Part shown: positions 1 through 10,663 of the stretch, piece after piece
Layout: each line of letters starts with the position of its first letter
How positions within the stretch are numbered: position 1 is the first letter of the stretch
Origin: a virus
Lineage: Duplodnaviria > Caudoviricetes
Virus record (IMG/VR): IMGVR_UViG_3300037427_004775
Coordinates: 1 to 57,429 of that record
Strand: one strand, 5' to 3'
DNA length: 57,429 bases
Program-made: the position numbers and the translations under genes
Notes under the pieces: model-generated
Told to the model about the DNA's origin: nothing
Database searches by the model: none
Seen by the model: only the letters and a program-made list of their open reading frames with translations

Positions 1-3000
1 ATCCATTTCTTGAGCTGTCTCAAAGTTTATAAAGCTTCTATTTCTTATTTTATTTGTTGTATAAAGCTCATCGATTTTTGTTGATAGATGAGAGTAGTGA
101 ATATCGATCGGTCTTAATGCACTAGATGACACTTCAAAACCTGTTCCTGTCAAGTGGAAACAGTTTTGAGAGTAATCATTAATAGTAATTTTCTTATTTG
201 CGTCTGACCCAGTCGTTAGTTGTTCACAAGAAGCATCCATTCTGAGTTTTTCAAATGAACCAGAAATATTTGTTGTGAAATTAAAATTGATTGCAGGATT
301 TCTGACGCCTAGTGATTTATAGTTTCTTACGTGTTCCTGCCACTCATTAATAGCTAGTGCTTTCGACCAGAATCTGAAGTGGCCTGCTTGGCCTCCAAAG
401 TTTGTTACGTGGATTTCTTGATTCTGTCTTGATGATGCAGCCAAATGAGCATTTAGAAATCTCTTGTTTGATGACGCCAAGGAAAGACTTTGTGAGCCCA
501 CAGTCATAAAGGTTCCACTTGTTTGCAATGTAGAACTTATATTAGAAAAAACCGAACCGGTAGGGTTCTTTGAATCTTTGAAGTAAGACGACGTCATAAA
601 TGTATTGGTGACATCCAATTCTCCGTAGACAGACTTCCCGACTCTTAGAAAGTAAGAGCTTGACCCGGGTACTAAAATCTTATCGTTTCGCTCTCTACCA
701 AATGATATCCACCACATGTCTCCATCTAAAACATTTGTTCCCGTAATAGACAGTTCTAAATACCTGGAATCAGAAGAATTCTCACCCATACCAGGGCGCG
801 CATGTAATGTTACCCTACTTCCTGTAACTTCGGATCCTGATACCAAAATAAGATTTGCAATCATACCGTGCTTTAACGACGGCGCTGATGTTCCTGTAAC
901 ATTTAGCCTTACGAGGCTTTGTGTTAGATACGTAGAACCCGTGAGTCTCATTGGGAAACGATAAACACCTTCAAACGTCCACGAACCAGAAGTCAAAAGA
1001 CCGTCGGAAGATACATTGGTTCCAGTTCTTTGCTTTTTATCGTTGTAGATAAACGTACCCTTTGGTAATGGAAAACCAGGTTCAACTCGAGAAGAAGAAA
1101 GAAACGGAGATATCAAGAAGGGTTTATTTAAAGAAACACCATGATGAGTAAGCGTTCCTGCGGCAGTTGCCCATGATCCTGAGAAGTCTGCAAGGGCTGT
1201 TACAGCTTTTCTAGTCACCCTCGATCCGCTTAGTGCTCTTCTCGATGGGCCGCCGAACTCTCGGATCCTAAGTGAAGAATCAGGCTCTACGCCCATGGAT
1301 CTAATCAGGGCTTTGACACTGTGAATTGTCCCCTTTGATTTTATGACTTCCGGAAGATTTGTCAATACCTGACGCCAGATTTTTGATTGAATTTTTGATA
1401 AGCCCTCTGAGCCTATACTGGAATCTGGCTTTAAATTTCTCCCTTCAACGAACTGCGGAAGTGATGCGCCTCCAAAAAGATTGGGTAAATCAAATCCATA
1501 ATATTCAGCAATAAATGTCAAAAAAGTATCAGACGTTGTATCTTCGTCATAATAATCAGTTGTAAGAACCTTTGAAAAACTATCAATAAAAACCTTCAAC
1601 TCATCGAAGTGCTTGGCCCAAACATATAAGAAGCCCGACAATAGTTGATATGTGCCTAGTTCACCGGAGCCTGGTCGGCCGGTCCCACCGTAACTACCTG
1701 ATACTGACCCCATGGGGTCATCTAGACCCTCAAAATCACTGCCTTCTTCAAAATAATGAGATGGAACTAATCTTGTAATTAAGTTTGGATTTACGTCGTC
1801 ATAGGCGCTGGCTGTGATCAAAAGTTTAATATTTTTCTGTCTTACATCGTTAAAGTATGGAAAAAGAACGGGCGACATCGCAACATCTTCTTCGACCATT
1901 GGATTGGAAATTGAAGACGTTGTCCTAAGCGACATCTTAAAGTTTGTTATCCTAGAATGAAGAGAGTTTCCTGAATAGTCGAGGACCAAGCTATTATCGG
2001 TTCCGATTGTTCCAGATGGCTCGTTAAATCTATAATATAGTGCCATTGACTTGTCTTGATAGACAGATCTTTTTCCACTATTCACTAGGTCATCTTTTGT
2101 CAGGGTCTTATGATAAACTCTTAGTTCGTCTAATGCACCAGTAAGTGTTGCCTTTGGCTCAAACTTAATTGTTGAAAGACCTATACTAGATGTTACAAAT
2201 GAACTGCCTGAGCCTATTAGAAAGTTTGCCTTCTTAAAGTTTGATCCAAACGTACCAAAGTCACCTCTTTCTGAAGACGTAGCTATTAGTTTTGCATTTC
2301 TATACATAGAAATTTTATTAGTGGGCGTATCTCTATTAAAAACAAGGGCGCAGTGCTCAAATCTACCTTTCTTGACAGGCATTTGAGCATGCATTAAGCT
2401 ACTACCAGAGCTTATGGCAAAGAATATATTGGCATGGGTTTTACTCGAAGCTGAATATTTCATTCCAACTGAATAGCCGAACCTACTCGAACTATCAATT
2501 TTTTGACAAACTATCTGATTTTGGACTTCTTCATCGGGCACATATATGTGAAACTCAATAGACACCGACTTACGAATCGGATCTAATGCAGCCCTACCAG
2601 AGGCATCTTTAGAAAGAGCTGGGTTTTGTAACCCTGCAATATCGCTAACAGAAATATAACTCCCGCCTGATGCTCCGGAGGAGCCTGAGAAGTGTATGTA
2701 TCCCTTGTTTTTTGGCCACGTATCGAGAACATGCCTTTCAAACCCGGTGAGAGTATCCTCAAAGTTCTCTATTTCTTTTCTTGTTCCATCAAACGGGTAG
2801 TGATTGACAATTCTATCAAATGCTATATTCGTATTGACGGTTGCCGATCCAAAGAATGTGTGATTCTCAAAATTAGAAAAATCAGTATTGACTTGCTGAG
2901 TTGACTTAAACCCTTGACCAAATGCATCATATCTAAAAGAAGAGCTTATATTGTCTGTATTTACCATATCAAGTTCAGCTCGCTTATTAGCGAGACCACC

Positions 3001-3072
3001 CATGATCTTCTTTTTATCACTTGCCTTGAACAAGGTTGGACGCGGGTCCCTATTGCTTCTTTTTTTCGCCAT
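1..3072 (-). CDS. Large virion/baseplate wedge-like protein with LamG (concanavalin A-like) domains; 3' end lies outside the window (>1024 aa)
   Basis: Missing from the ORF track because it has no stop in the window. ATG at 3072 overlaps the upstream TAA (TAATG). Frame reads MAKKRSNRDPRP... at the start and ...NRSFINFETAQEMD at base 1; the segments I translated between are open. LamG-like segments (FEHCALVFNR, GALDELRVYHKTL, LYYRFNE) and a wedge-like motif IWRQVLTNLPEVIKSKGTIHSVKALIRSMG. Confidence 0.8.
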   Translation of the reverse strand, partial: MAKKRSNRDPRPTLFKASDKKKIMGGLANKRAELDMVNTDNISSSFRYDAFGQGFKSTQQVNTDFSNFENHTFFGSATVNTNIAFDRIVNHYPFDGTRKEIENFEDTLTGFERHVLDTWPKNKGYIHFSGSSGASGGSYISVSDIAGLQNPALSKDASGRAALDPIRKSVSIEFHIYVPDEEVQNQIVCQKIDSSSRFGYSVGMKYSASSKTHANIFFAISSGSSLMHAQMPVKKGRFEHCALVFNRDTPTNKISMYRNAKLIATSSERGDFGTFGSNFKKANFLIGSGSSFVTSSIGLSTIKFEPKATLTGALDELRVYHKTLTKDDLVNSGKRSVYQDKSMALYYRFNEPSGTIGTDNSLVLDYSGNSLHSRITNFKMSLRTTSSISNPMVEEDVAMSPVLFPYFNDVRQKNIKLLITASAYDDVNPNLITRLVPSHYFEEGSDFEGLDDPMGSVSGSYGGTGRPGSGELGTYQLLSGFLYVWAKHFDELKVFIDSFSKVLTTDYYDEDTTSDTFLTFIAEYYGFDLPNLFGGASLPQFVEGRNLKPDSSIGSEGLSKIQSKIWRQVLTNLPEVIKSKGTIHSVKALIRSMGVEPDSSLRIREFGGPSRRALSGSRVTRKAVTALADFSGSWATAAGTLTHHGVSLNKPFLISPFLSSSRVEPGFPLPKGTFIYNDKKQRTGTNVSSDGLLTSGSWTFEGVYRFPMRLTGSTYLTQSLVRLNVTGTSAPSLKHGMIANLILVSGSEVTGSRVTLHARPGMGENSSDSRYLELSITGTNVLDGDMWWISFGRERNDKILVPGSSSYFLRVGKSVYGELDVTNTFMTSSYFKDSKNPTGSVFSNISSTLQTSGTFMTVGSQSLSLASSNKRFLNAHLAASSRQNQEIHVTNFGGQAGHFRFWSKALAINEWQEHVRNYKSLGVRNPAINFNFTTNISGSFEKLRMDASCEQLTTGSDANKKITINDYSQNCFHLTGTGFEVSSSALRPIDIHYSHLSTKIDELYTTNKIRNRSFINFETAQEMD

Positions 3073-4589
3073 TAAATCACGCTAAAAACATTTCCAGTAT
3101 TTTTAAAATATAAATCTATGCCTCGTTCTTTAACTAAAAACTCTATTTTGTAACTCCTTCCCTTAGAAAGCGCATCAAAATACAGATCAAAAAACATACC
3201 TTTTCCATCTGAGGACAGATTTGTAGATCGCTTCACAGTATCAAACGGTATTATCACATCATTCGTTCTTGCATCTATCACCCTATAGAACATTTCTTTT
3301 GTTATTATTGATTTCTTTTCTCTCGGTGTTTTTCTAGCTTTTACAATCACTGGGGTCATATCAGCTATATGCACTCTAATTCTAGCCTTGTCGCCTAAGC
3401 GATACTGACTTCTTTGATTTGTCATTGTTACAGAAAGTCTTCTTGGAGATGAATCAAAACTTGAACGGGTTATTTCATTTATAACAATAGAGCCCGTGTG
3501 ATATGCAATATTCATATCTTTAGAGAGCCAATACACTTTGAAAGTTCCAGAGCCCACTGAATTTATTTCGCCTGTTAGACTTGTTTCTAGCGAAGAAATT
3601 GCAAACGATGCCGAGTACACCCCTGTCACATAATTTTTTCCTATCTTATGCTGTGATGCGCTCAATATTCTAGAGAAAGAACCTGATTTCAGCTTTAGTG
3701 TGATACACTCAGATCCGGACATTTGGACAGCTGCAGTACCAGAAAGTATATTGGCTGGCTGGCCCCTGTGATAATTTCTAAGAAAGATTGAACCTGTCAA
3801 ATCAAAAAACATAGATTCTTGATGATCGTGCTCTGAGTTATCATACTGCACCAAGATCTTTGGTCGTTTATAGACATTTGAAGCATGTCTCGAGGCAAAG
3901 CGTTTTACAAATCTTGTCTTTTCGTCTGTCTCATTTGTCCCAGAGAATGATAATCTAAGACCATGATCAGGCAAGAGGCCTGCAATTGTTGCAGAAACTA
4001 TCGTTGTGATATCAATTGATAAGTCTTCTTCGCCCGTATCAAACGACTGTGTCTTAAATAGGTCTACTACCCCTGAACCGTTTTGCAAGTTACCACTTGC
4101 TATTATATCAATATTGCTTTGCCCTAAAACACCGAATGCATTAGATCCAGAGGAATTCCACAAAACGGGTGTACCGCTTTGAATTGAAGATGTAATAAAG
4201 TTACAACTATCTAGATGGGAAAATGTCTTTACATCCATACCGACACCTTCATCAAAAGATTTTGAAAGCGGGTATACGATCATTTTAAAATTAGACGGAC
4301 AAGATTGACCGCCGTACACATCGTATAGTTTGAGTGTGCACTTAAATGAGTCGTGAGAAATATCTAGAATTGATCCAGTCAAAGATTGCAAAGGTGCAAG
4401 ATCAAACTTAATTAAAAGCCTAGAAAGCTCATTTAACGAAGATGAACCGTTGAGTGTGCTCTCGGCAAACATCTTGAATAAATCTAAAGTTCCGGCCTGG
4501 CCAACATTGGCGTCAGTTGCTCTAAACTTATCTGATACTATCTTATTTGTAATATACGTGTCTTTTAGCGGTTTTAGGATTTTATACAT
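3072..4589 (-). CDS. Putative virion structural protein (baseplate region), beta-rich
   Basis: 505 aa ORF translationally coupled between baseplate genes; many SGS/TGS motifs. Confidence 0.6.
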   Translation of the reverse strand: MYKILKPLKDTYITNKIVSDKFRATDANVGQAGTLDLFKMFAESTLNGSSSLNELSRLLIKFDLAPLQSLTGSILDISHDSFKCTLKLYDVYGGQSCPSNFKMIVYPLSKSFDEGVGMDVKTFSHLDSCNFITSSIQSGTPVLWNSSGSNAFGVLGQSNIDIIASGNLQNGSGVVDLFKTQSFDTGEEDLSIDITTIVSATIAGLLPDHGLRLSFSGTNETDEKTRFVKRFASRHASNVYKRPKILVQYDNSEHDHQESMFFDLTGSIFLRNYHRGQPANILSGTAAVQMSGSECITLKLKSGSFSRILSASQHKIGKNYVTGVYSASFAISSLETSLTGEINSVGSGTFKVYWLSKDMNIAYHTGSIVINEITRSSFDSSPRRLSVTMTNQRSQYRLGDKARIRVHIADMTPVIVKARKTPREKKSIITKEMFYRVIDARTNDVIIPFDTVKRSTNLSSDGKGMFFDLYFDALSKGRSYKIEFLVKERGIDLYFKNTGNVFSVI

Positions 4590-4597
4590 TGTTCAAA

Positions 4598-6445
4598 TTA
4601 GCTCGCATAAATGATGATATCTGCAACCGGATACTTCATTTCAAAAATTGCACCCTTGGGTGGAAAAACTACACCTTTTTTAGTGCTTGCCTTAACATTA
4701 AAAGAATTAGTAGAATATTTCAACCCCGTGTCTTCACCTGATATCGAAAGGATCTCTAGATTATTAAAAGAAAGTATGCCTCGTGTGGATAAAATAACTG
4801 CCATTATATCAGATTTGATAATTGGTTGTTCTATCTGAAAATTTCTTATATGAAAGAATTTTGTCAGTCGCTTTTTTAGCACTGCTAAAATAGACTTGGT
4901 ATTTTGAGTAGAATCGATTACTACATCTATTTTTAATCGTACATTTAAAACTTTTGCATCTAAAATATCTAAGGAGTCTGAAACCATTCTAAATTCATTC
5001 AAATACGTTGACAAATTCTTCTTTAAAGAATCAGGCGCGATGGAAAGTTTACTGGACTTATTAAGACAGATCACATAAAGCAGAGAAGATAAAGGGTTGT
5101 TTGGGTTTGATGATATTGATGCCCTAAATACTTTTCCAAAATTACTTGGCATCGTGTATATTCTTGCCAACAAATCTTGTTTTGTTACAATTCTAGATTG
5201 ACTATTTCTATAGGAAGTTACGTAAGCCTTTAATTCATTAATAGTTGGAGCATTTTGGCCACCTGCGGCTGCCGTTGGATTTGTGACGGATAAAGTTCGA
5301 CGAACCATTTGGGCACCGAATACGCTAGTTTTATGGGGAAAAAGAATGTTTATCTCTTTAAACGATCGCATGCTTCTTGCGCCTATATTATGTTTCAATC
5401 CGCCGCCGCGGCGATAGGTGATTGACAGCGTTGTATTGACGGGTGCAACTCCCAAAGTTCTAGTTTTCAATAAAGAGTTTGGATCGATTGAAAATCTAGA
5501 AAACGTCTTTTTCCCATAAAGAGGTAGCGATAAAATAGACGGATCAGGTATTATGTCATCATCTAGTGATTCTGCCAGTCCGCTGCCAAAACGAAGAACT
5601 GTTGTTTTAGCTGTCAAATCATAAGTTTTAACATATCGATACGGTGCTGGAACTACTTGTAAATTCTCAGGAACAAGATCTTGATCTGCTATGTTTCCGT
5701 TTAATACAGGCTTGAAAACTGTGTCCTGTGTTAGTGAACCCACCTCATGATATCTATTACCATCTGAATCTATCACAGATAAAATTTCGGTAACGTCTGA
5801 ATCTCCGAGGACTACTTTTCTAAACTTTACAAGTGTTGACCCTATTGACTTTTTCTTTGTTGCAACAACACCACTTATCATTACTGTTGTTAGTTTTAGC
5901 AAAAACTTTGATGGATTTCCTGCGCTATTAGTACCCGCCAGGGATACTTCTGCAAGGAGCTCTCCAAATCTATCTTGTTTTGAAAAATCAACATCTTCTG
6001 GCATTACAAATGTAACCCCATTGGAAGCTACAGCAGATGTGTTTCTTCGAATAATTGGAAGTGCAGAACGATCTGGAATGTATTCACCTTCAGAGAAAAC
6101 TGCAGGTGCTTGAAATGTTATCTCAACTTCTGTAGATGCGGGTGAAGGACCAGATCCCTCTACACCCGCTGTTCTTAAATGCCGTTCTATGTTTTGTAAC
6201 TCAGTTGCTGTTTCTATATTCAACTCAGAAAATTGATGGTCTAGATAGAATGACATAACATCACCTACGTAAGCACCCATTTCCAAGAACATTCCACCGA
6301 CGGATGCTTCTGAAAAGTCTTTGACATTGTTTGGAAAGAAAGTTTGAGCATAGTTTAACAAATCTCTTCTAAAACCTTCGAAGTCTTTGTTCAAATAAAC
6401 TATTTCTTTCTTTCTTTTGAGGTCATTTTTATTGTCTTTAGCCAT
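4598..6445 (-). CDS. Baseplate wedge protein (T4 gp6 / baseplate J-like)
   Basis: YLNKDFEGFRRDLLNYA, DFSEASVGGMFLEMGAYVGDVMSFYLD, ATELQNI, AAAGGQNAPTINEL, QSRIVTKQD match the gp6/J-like pattern. Confidence 0.9.
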   Translation of the reverse strand: MAKDNKNDLKRKKEIVYLNKDFEGFRRDLLNYAQTFFPNNVKDFSEASVGGMFLEMGAYVGDVMSFYLDHQFSELNIETATELQNIERHLRTAGVEGSGPSPASTEVEITFQAPAVFSEGEYIPDRSALPIIRRNTSAVASNGVTFVMPEDVDFSKQDRFGELLAEVSLAGTNSAGNPSKFLLKLTTVMISGVVATKKKSIGSTLVKFRKVVLGDSDVTEILSVIDSDGNRYHEVGSLTQDTVFKPVLNGNIADQDLVPENLQVVPAPYRYVKTYDLTAKTTVLRFGSGLAESLDDDIIPDPSILSLPLYGKKTFSRFSIDPNSLLKTRTLGVAPVNTTLSITYRRGGGLKHNIGARSMRSFKEINILFPHKTSVFGAQMVRRTLSVTNPTAAAGGQNAPTINELKAYVTSYRNSQSRIVTKQDLLARIYTMPSNFGKVFRASISSNPNNPLSSLLYVICLNKSSKLSIAPDSLKKNLSTYLNEFRMVSDSLDILDAKVLNVRLKIDVVIDSTQNTKSILAVLKKRLTKFFHIRNFQIEQPIIKSDIMAVILSTRGILSFNNLEILSISGEDTGLKYSTNSFNVKASTKKGVVFPPKGAIFEMKYPVADIIIYAS

Positions 6446-6451
6446 TTAATC

Positions 6452-6931
6452 TTATCCTGCTAATGTTACTATCACATCTAAAATTTTTCTTTTTCCCAAT
6501 CTTTGAACATCATATTCTAGTCGAATAATAACTTGAGGCAACTCTGTTTCGTTATCTCTTAATCTATGAACAGTCATCGTTTTAAGCGATACAAAGGGTA
6601 AATATTTACCAACTGCTGATGAAATCCGTTTCATGGCCTCAGATTCAAATGTTTTTTGGCCCATCAACTCTATACTCAAAGGCCTTAGATTAGCACCGTA
6701 GCCTGGTCGGCCGAGTCGCTCTCCATGATTAGTTTGAATTAAATTTCTTAAGTTATCGCTTACTTGATCTACAATATTATAGTGCATTTCAAAAACACCT
6801 GCCCTGTCCCTCGAGTGTCTAAGCGGTGTCATTATTCCGATAGGGATAGCTGATGCTGCTATTTTTGCATCTTCTTGATCTGACAACACATCAGCGATGT
6901 CTTTACCTGTGCTTTTAAACTTGAACTTCAT
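6452..6931 (-). CDS. Baseplate wedge/sheath initiator, gp25 (GPW_gp25)-like
   Basis: DNLRNLIQTNHGERLGRPGYGANL and AVGKYLPFV motifs; sits immediately upstream of the gp6-like gene. Confidence 0.9.
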   Translation of the reverse strand: MKFKFKSTGKDIADVLSDQEDAKIAASAIPIGIMTPLRHSRDRAGVFEMHYNIVDQVSDNLRNLIQTNHGERLGRPGYGANLRPLSIELMGQKTFESEAMKRISSAVGKYLPFVSLKTMTVHRLRDNETELPQVIIRLEYDVQRLGKRKILDVIVTLAG

Positions 6932-6994
6932 GACAAACCTAATCTTCTATAATCTATAATGTAAGTATCAGCTTCTTTAAATCTTGTAATGACA

Positions 6995-7948
6995 TTATCC
7001 TCCCATTAATGGGTCAAGTATTGGTATTGGTATTGTCAACTCCTGCATCGGAGTAAACGTAGCAATAATTGTCCCGAGTATCATAATGACCCCAATGACA
7101 GGAGCAAGCAAAATAGCCAGGGCACCGAAATCAATAAGTCCCAAAAGACCATTAATGATCATCATAATAAACTCAATAATAAACTTTATAATATGTTCAA
7201 TAATTGCTGCAATATCCTCTATCAAATCCCATATAAATTCAAATATTTGTGCTATTACTGCAACGATCGATTCCAATAGCGCAATTACGCCCTCTAAAAT
7301 TGGCTCAATAATTGCAATTATAATATCCATAAACGGCGGAATACCCAGTAATTTCATAATTGCTGCAATGATATCTTTAATGGCTTCAATTACCCAGAGT
7401 GCCATTTCAATAACAAACATTGGTGGAACTAGCGCTTTGATTATAACAGCTATTATTGCTTCAATAATTGGCATCAAGATTGCCATAATAATTGCAATTA
7501 GCATGTTAATCAAAAACTCTATTAAAAACATCAATAGCGCTAAGAAATCTGCAAATAGCATTCCCAACAAAGATAAAATATAGGCTATTGCTTCTGCTAA
7601 TTTTTGAAGTATTAATGCCAAAATCTCAAATGGCAATCTCATAATCTTTGCTAGCATTTCTAAGAGCTGAGCGATCATCTCCATTATTTTGGATATTTGT
7701 TCTAGCAACCATATCGGCACCTTGGCAATCTCTGTAAGGACCATAATGATTAGGCCCGCAAGGAACATTATTATTTTAATAATTGGGCCGAAAATTGCTT
7801 CGAGTATTTGCATGATGATTGTTGTAATCATCTCTATAACAAATAGAAGAAACTCTACTGCCTTTCCAAGGACAGCCAAGATGAGCTCGACTATGAGCAT
7901 AATTAACTCAAGTATTGACCCCTTAAATAAGCCGTAGAATGTTGCCAT
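6995..7948 (-). CDS. Extremely hydrophobic/amphipathic helical-repeat protein in the baseplate module
   Basis: 317 aa dominated by I/L/M/A/F with periodic E/K/P; starts 1 nt after the stop of the spike-like gene. Confidence 0.7.
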   Translation of the reverse strand: MATFYGLFKGSILELIMLIVELILAVLGKAVEFLLFVIEMITTIIMQILEAIFGPIIKIIMFLAGLIIMVLTEIAKVPIWLLEQISKIMEMIAQLLEMLAKIMRLPFEILALILQKLAEAIAYILSLLGMLFADFLALLMFLIEFLINMLIAIIMAILMPIIEAIIAVIIKALVPPMFVIEMALWVIEAIKDIIAAIMKLLGIPPFMDIIIAIIEPILEGVIALLESIVAVIAQIFEFIWDLIEDIAAIIEHIIKFIIEFIMMIINGLLGLIDFGALAILLAPVIGVIMILGTIIATFTPMQELTIPIPILDPLMGG

Positions 7949-7949
7949 T

Positions 7950-9545
7950 TCATTGCTTCACTTTAACTGTAGAAGAATGTCTCGGGCGACCAGAGGGATC
8001 GCTTTTGGCGATGGTGGCCATTTCTGCTACAAGACCCACACCACCTTCATCCATTTCTTTGCCATCTGGGTAGCAGACCATATCACAGTATGTAGACCAT
8101 GATGTTTCTTCGTCAAGGGCGTGCTCGTCCATTAAAGAGTCTGGGCCCCCGCCGAGATATACCTTTCCATTCTTCCCAGGTTTAATAAAGATATTACCAT
8201 CTTTATGTAGAATTATTTCTGCACCGGGGTAGCCTTCTGTATCGTCGGTCACGTCATCCGGAGTATCGGCTGACACGCCCAATCTTAGTGTTTGGTTTGC
8301 ACCTATTCTTATGTGGTCAGATTTTACTGTCACATAAGAGCCTGCTTCAGAACCTTCGGTGAGATCAACTTCTTCTGGTTCAGTTTCCCCTGATTGAGGG
8401 TTGCTAAATGGTATTGTGGGTATTGTCTGAGTTCCTGCATTAGTCACAGTTGCTGGAAAAGTACCGTTGGCGTCAGCGCCAGTAATATACTCAGGCGCTG
8501 CATTACGATAACCGTATAAATTAATTGAAGCATTTCCAAGACCGGGAGTGTGAGATTGTTGCCATTTGTCCATCAAGTCTGGGTCTGAGAAGATTGTTTC
8601 AGATAGCTCGAACGCCTTGTTGAATTCGGGCTGGCCCAAAGTATTTAATGATGTCACTTGATCAGGAATATTTCCAGTAAATCCTTTTCCAACAGTTATT
8701 GAAATTTTGCCCATTGTTGTTTCATTTATTGCTTCGTCTATCGGTGATACAATTCTTGGCACGGCTCCTAAAATTATTGATGTATTGTTCGATCCATTAA
8801 TAACAAAGTCACCTTCACTTCCCTTAACTGCGGGCATAGACGGTTCCCAACTATTCATAGAGTTTTGGACTATTCGAGGATAGTCAGCAGATTCAATAGT
8901 AAGCGTTCTAGAATTGTCTTTGTTTGTTAGGTCAGCATTTGTAACATCTGACCCTTCTACAATTGGCAGTGTTCTTCCGTTTGGAAAATCAGGTATATAT
9001 TCACCCATGTCTCCGAGGGCGTCTGATACAGATGCGCCTTCTTTAGAGAACCAGGATACACGCATGTCTAAGTCTCTATCAACATGAGTAAAGTTTAAGT
9101 CTTCGCTCAATCTTGAACCGACCACTCTGGAAAACCAAAACCCACCTTTCATATTGTGTGGTTCGGGCGTTGACCAATCACCCTCTTCACTAATAGTCGG
9201 GTATACAGGACTTAAGATCACCTCTGTTACGATTGCCCGCTGGAATGGGCCCTTACCTGATGTCTGAGTCCTTATTGCGTCTATGTCGCTTGTAATATTA
9301 TTCGTGCCACCTCGAAGCATATCAGAGTCCGCAGAACCACCCAATAAAGTTTCAGGGGTGGCCATGTCACCCTGAGAAGGCGTGTCTGGATACGTTACCC
9401 AGACTACCTCACCTATTTTTAAAGGTAGCATGAAGTGCGTTGAAAAGAACGGATAAAATAACTCTTCCTCACCGGCAGGGAGGATACGAGCAATTATTGA
9501 ATTTGCTGGGGGATATACCGATCTGTTAGTGGGATTTGATGCCAT
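7950..9545 (-). CDS. Putative baseplate hub/central spike (gp5/gpV-like) protein
   Basis: N-terminal OB-like segment (YPFFSTHFMLPLKIGEVVWV); C-terminal short beta-strand repeats (EGDFVINGSNNTSIILG, VTVKSDHIRIGA, IILHKDGNIFIKPG); located upstream of gp25. Inference. Confidence 0.5.
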   Translation of the reverse strand: MASNPTNRSVYPPANSIIARILPAGEEELFYPFFSTHFMLPLKIGEVVWVTYPDTPSQGDMATPETLLGGSADSDMLRGGTNNITSDIDAIRTQTSGKGPFQRAIVTEVILSPVYPTISEEGDWSTPEPHNMKGGFWFSRVVGSRLSEDLNFTHVDRDLDMRVSWFSKEGASVSDALGDMGEYIPDFPNGRTLPIVEGSDVTNADLTNKDNSRTLTIESADYPRIVQNSMNSWEPSMPAVKGSEGDFVINGSNNTSIILGAVPRIVSPIDEAINETTMGKISITVGKGFTGNIPDQVTSLNTLGQPEFNKAFELSETIFSDPDLMDKWQQSHTPGLGNASINLYGYRNAAPEYITGADANGTFPATVTNAGTQTIPTIPFSNPQSGETEPEEVDLTEGSEAGSYVTVKSDHIRIGANQTLRLGVSADTPDDVTDDTEGYPGAEIILHKDGNIFIKPGKNGKVYLGGGPDSLMDEHALDEETSWSTYCDMVCYPDGKEMDEGGVGLVAEMATIAKSDPSGRPRHSSTVKVKQ

Positions 9546-9546
9546 T

Positions 9547-9918
9547 TTATCCCTCGTTCCCTATCTTGTCAAAGATATCATCTGGGTTTATTGTAGCAGA
9601 TTCTTCTTCAGCTTTGCCTATTAGCTCCGCTAGTTTTAAAATCTGATCGTTTGATTTACACATTCTTTCTAGGTATTTTGCAGCTGTTGGGCCCAATGCT
9701 GAGTGTTGCATTGCGTTTCCCTGCATTTCCTGGTAGATATCTGTAAAAAGAATTGATGCATTCTCTCTGTCTGTTAGGGCATTTTCATAAATCTCTTTCC
9801 AGAGATGTTTTCTTTTATCTTCTAGTGCACTAATTGAGTCTAATAAATCACCAAATCGATCTACTCTTTTGGTAATTTCTCCTGCATTCTTCAATGCCTT
9901 GTCTAGTCTTTTTGTCAT
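9547..9918 (-). CDS. Hypothetical helical phage protein
   Basis: ORF track 9547..9939; the likelier start is MTKRLD at 9918 with a GAGGG RBS. Confidence 0.65.
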   Translation of the reverse strand: MTKRLDKALKNAGEITKRVDRFGDLLDSISALEDKRKHLWKEIYENALTDRENASILFTDIYQEMQGNAMQHSALGPTAAKYLERMCKSNDQILKLAELIGKAEEESATINPDDIFDKIGNEG

Positions 9919-9925
9919 ATTACCC

Positions 9926-10663
9926 TCACAATATATCAAAGTTATCAGTGCCTACAAGCGCCTTATAATGCTTCCTTATTGAGCTCATTGCTATTGAAAG
10001 TTGTTTTGGATTTAGGCTTGATAAGTTTCTCATATAAACAAAAAGAGCTCGCTTATTTAAGAAGTCAAGTTGATCAACACTTTCAAAAATAGTAATAATT
10101 GCATTAATACATGCTAGTTCATTATCACTAGAAAGTCTAGTCTTTATCTCATATAACAATCTGATTATTGCTTCACTATTTTCTCTTTTGATCATATCGT
10201 AATCTTGAGCTGGAATTGCTCGATAGTTTTCTATCATTTCTACGTCTATTGATCTAAGAGATGTTCGATCTTCTATGCAGACATGCCGCTTATTTAATTT
10301 TTGCCTTTGTTTTGTCTTTATAATTAACCAGTTTTTGGCCACAACATTAAAATATGAAAATGCTTTGGTCCCGCGGGCTGGATCCCATTTGTGCATTGAC
10401 TCATACAAAAACGAAACACAATCATTCTTAAGGGAATCATATGATCCCATACCAAATGACTTAGTAAATCCATGAATAAAAATTAAATTTTCAACTAACT
10501 TATCAAAAGCAGGTAAAATTTTCACAACATAAATCTCATGTTTTGTTGCTTCAACTTCCTCGTTTTGATACTTTATTATTGCATCTTGAGTATCTGCATT
10601 GAAATAAAGATTTTTTGTTGATTTCTTTGATCTTGTTCTTCTTTTTCTTCTTTTAATCGCCAA
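9926..10663 (-). CDS. Phage sigma factor, late-transcription gp55-like (sigma region 2)
   Basis: SLKNDCVSFLYESMHKWDPARGTKAFSYFNVVAKN resembles sigma region 2.2-2.4 (kFDPxrGxkfstYa); no clear region 4 HTH. Confidence 0.7.
   Translation of the reverse strand: MAIKRRKRRTRSKKSTKNLYFNADTQDAIIKYQNEEVEATKHEIYVVKILPAFDKLVENLIFIHGFTKSFGMGSYDSLKNDCVSFLYESMHKWDPARGTKAFSYFNVVAKNWLIIKTKQRQKLNKRHVCIEDRTSLRSIDVEMIENYRAIPAQDYDMIKRENSEAIIRLLYEIKTRLSSDNELACINAIITIFESVDQLDFLNKRALFVYMRNLSSLNPKQLSIAMSSIRKHYKALVGTDNFDIL

Noticed and set aside
7086-7937. Plus-strand ORFs 7086..7583, 7689..7937 and the many other short plus-strand ORFs in the track
   Set aside because: They are antisense shadows of well-supported minus-strand genes, with no motifs or RBS.
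1-9545. Baseplate genes as a T6SS/eCIS/tailocin in a bacterial chromosome
   Set aside because: The context has a gp55-like sigma, phage-type tubulin, solo exonuclease, long fibres, single-strand gene packing and no housekeeping operons, which fits a large phage.
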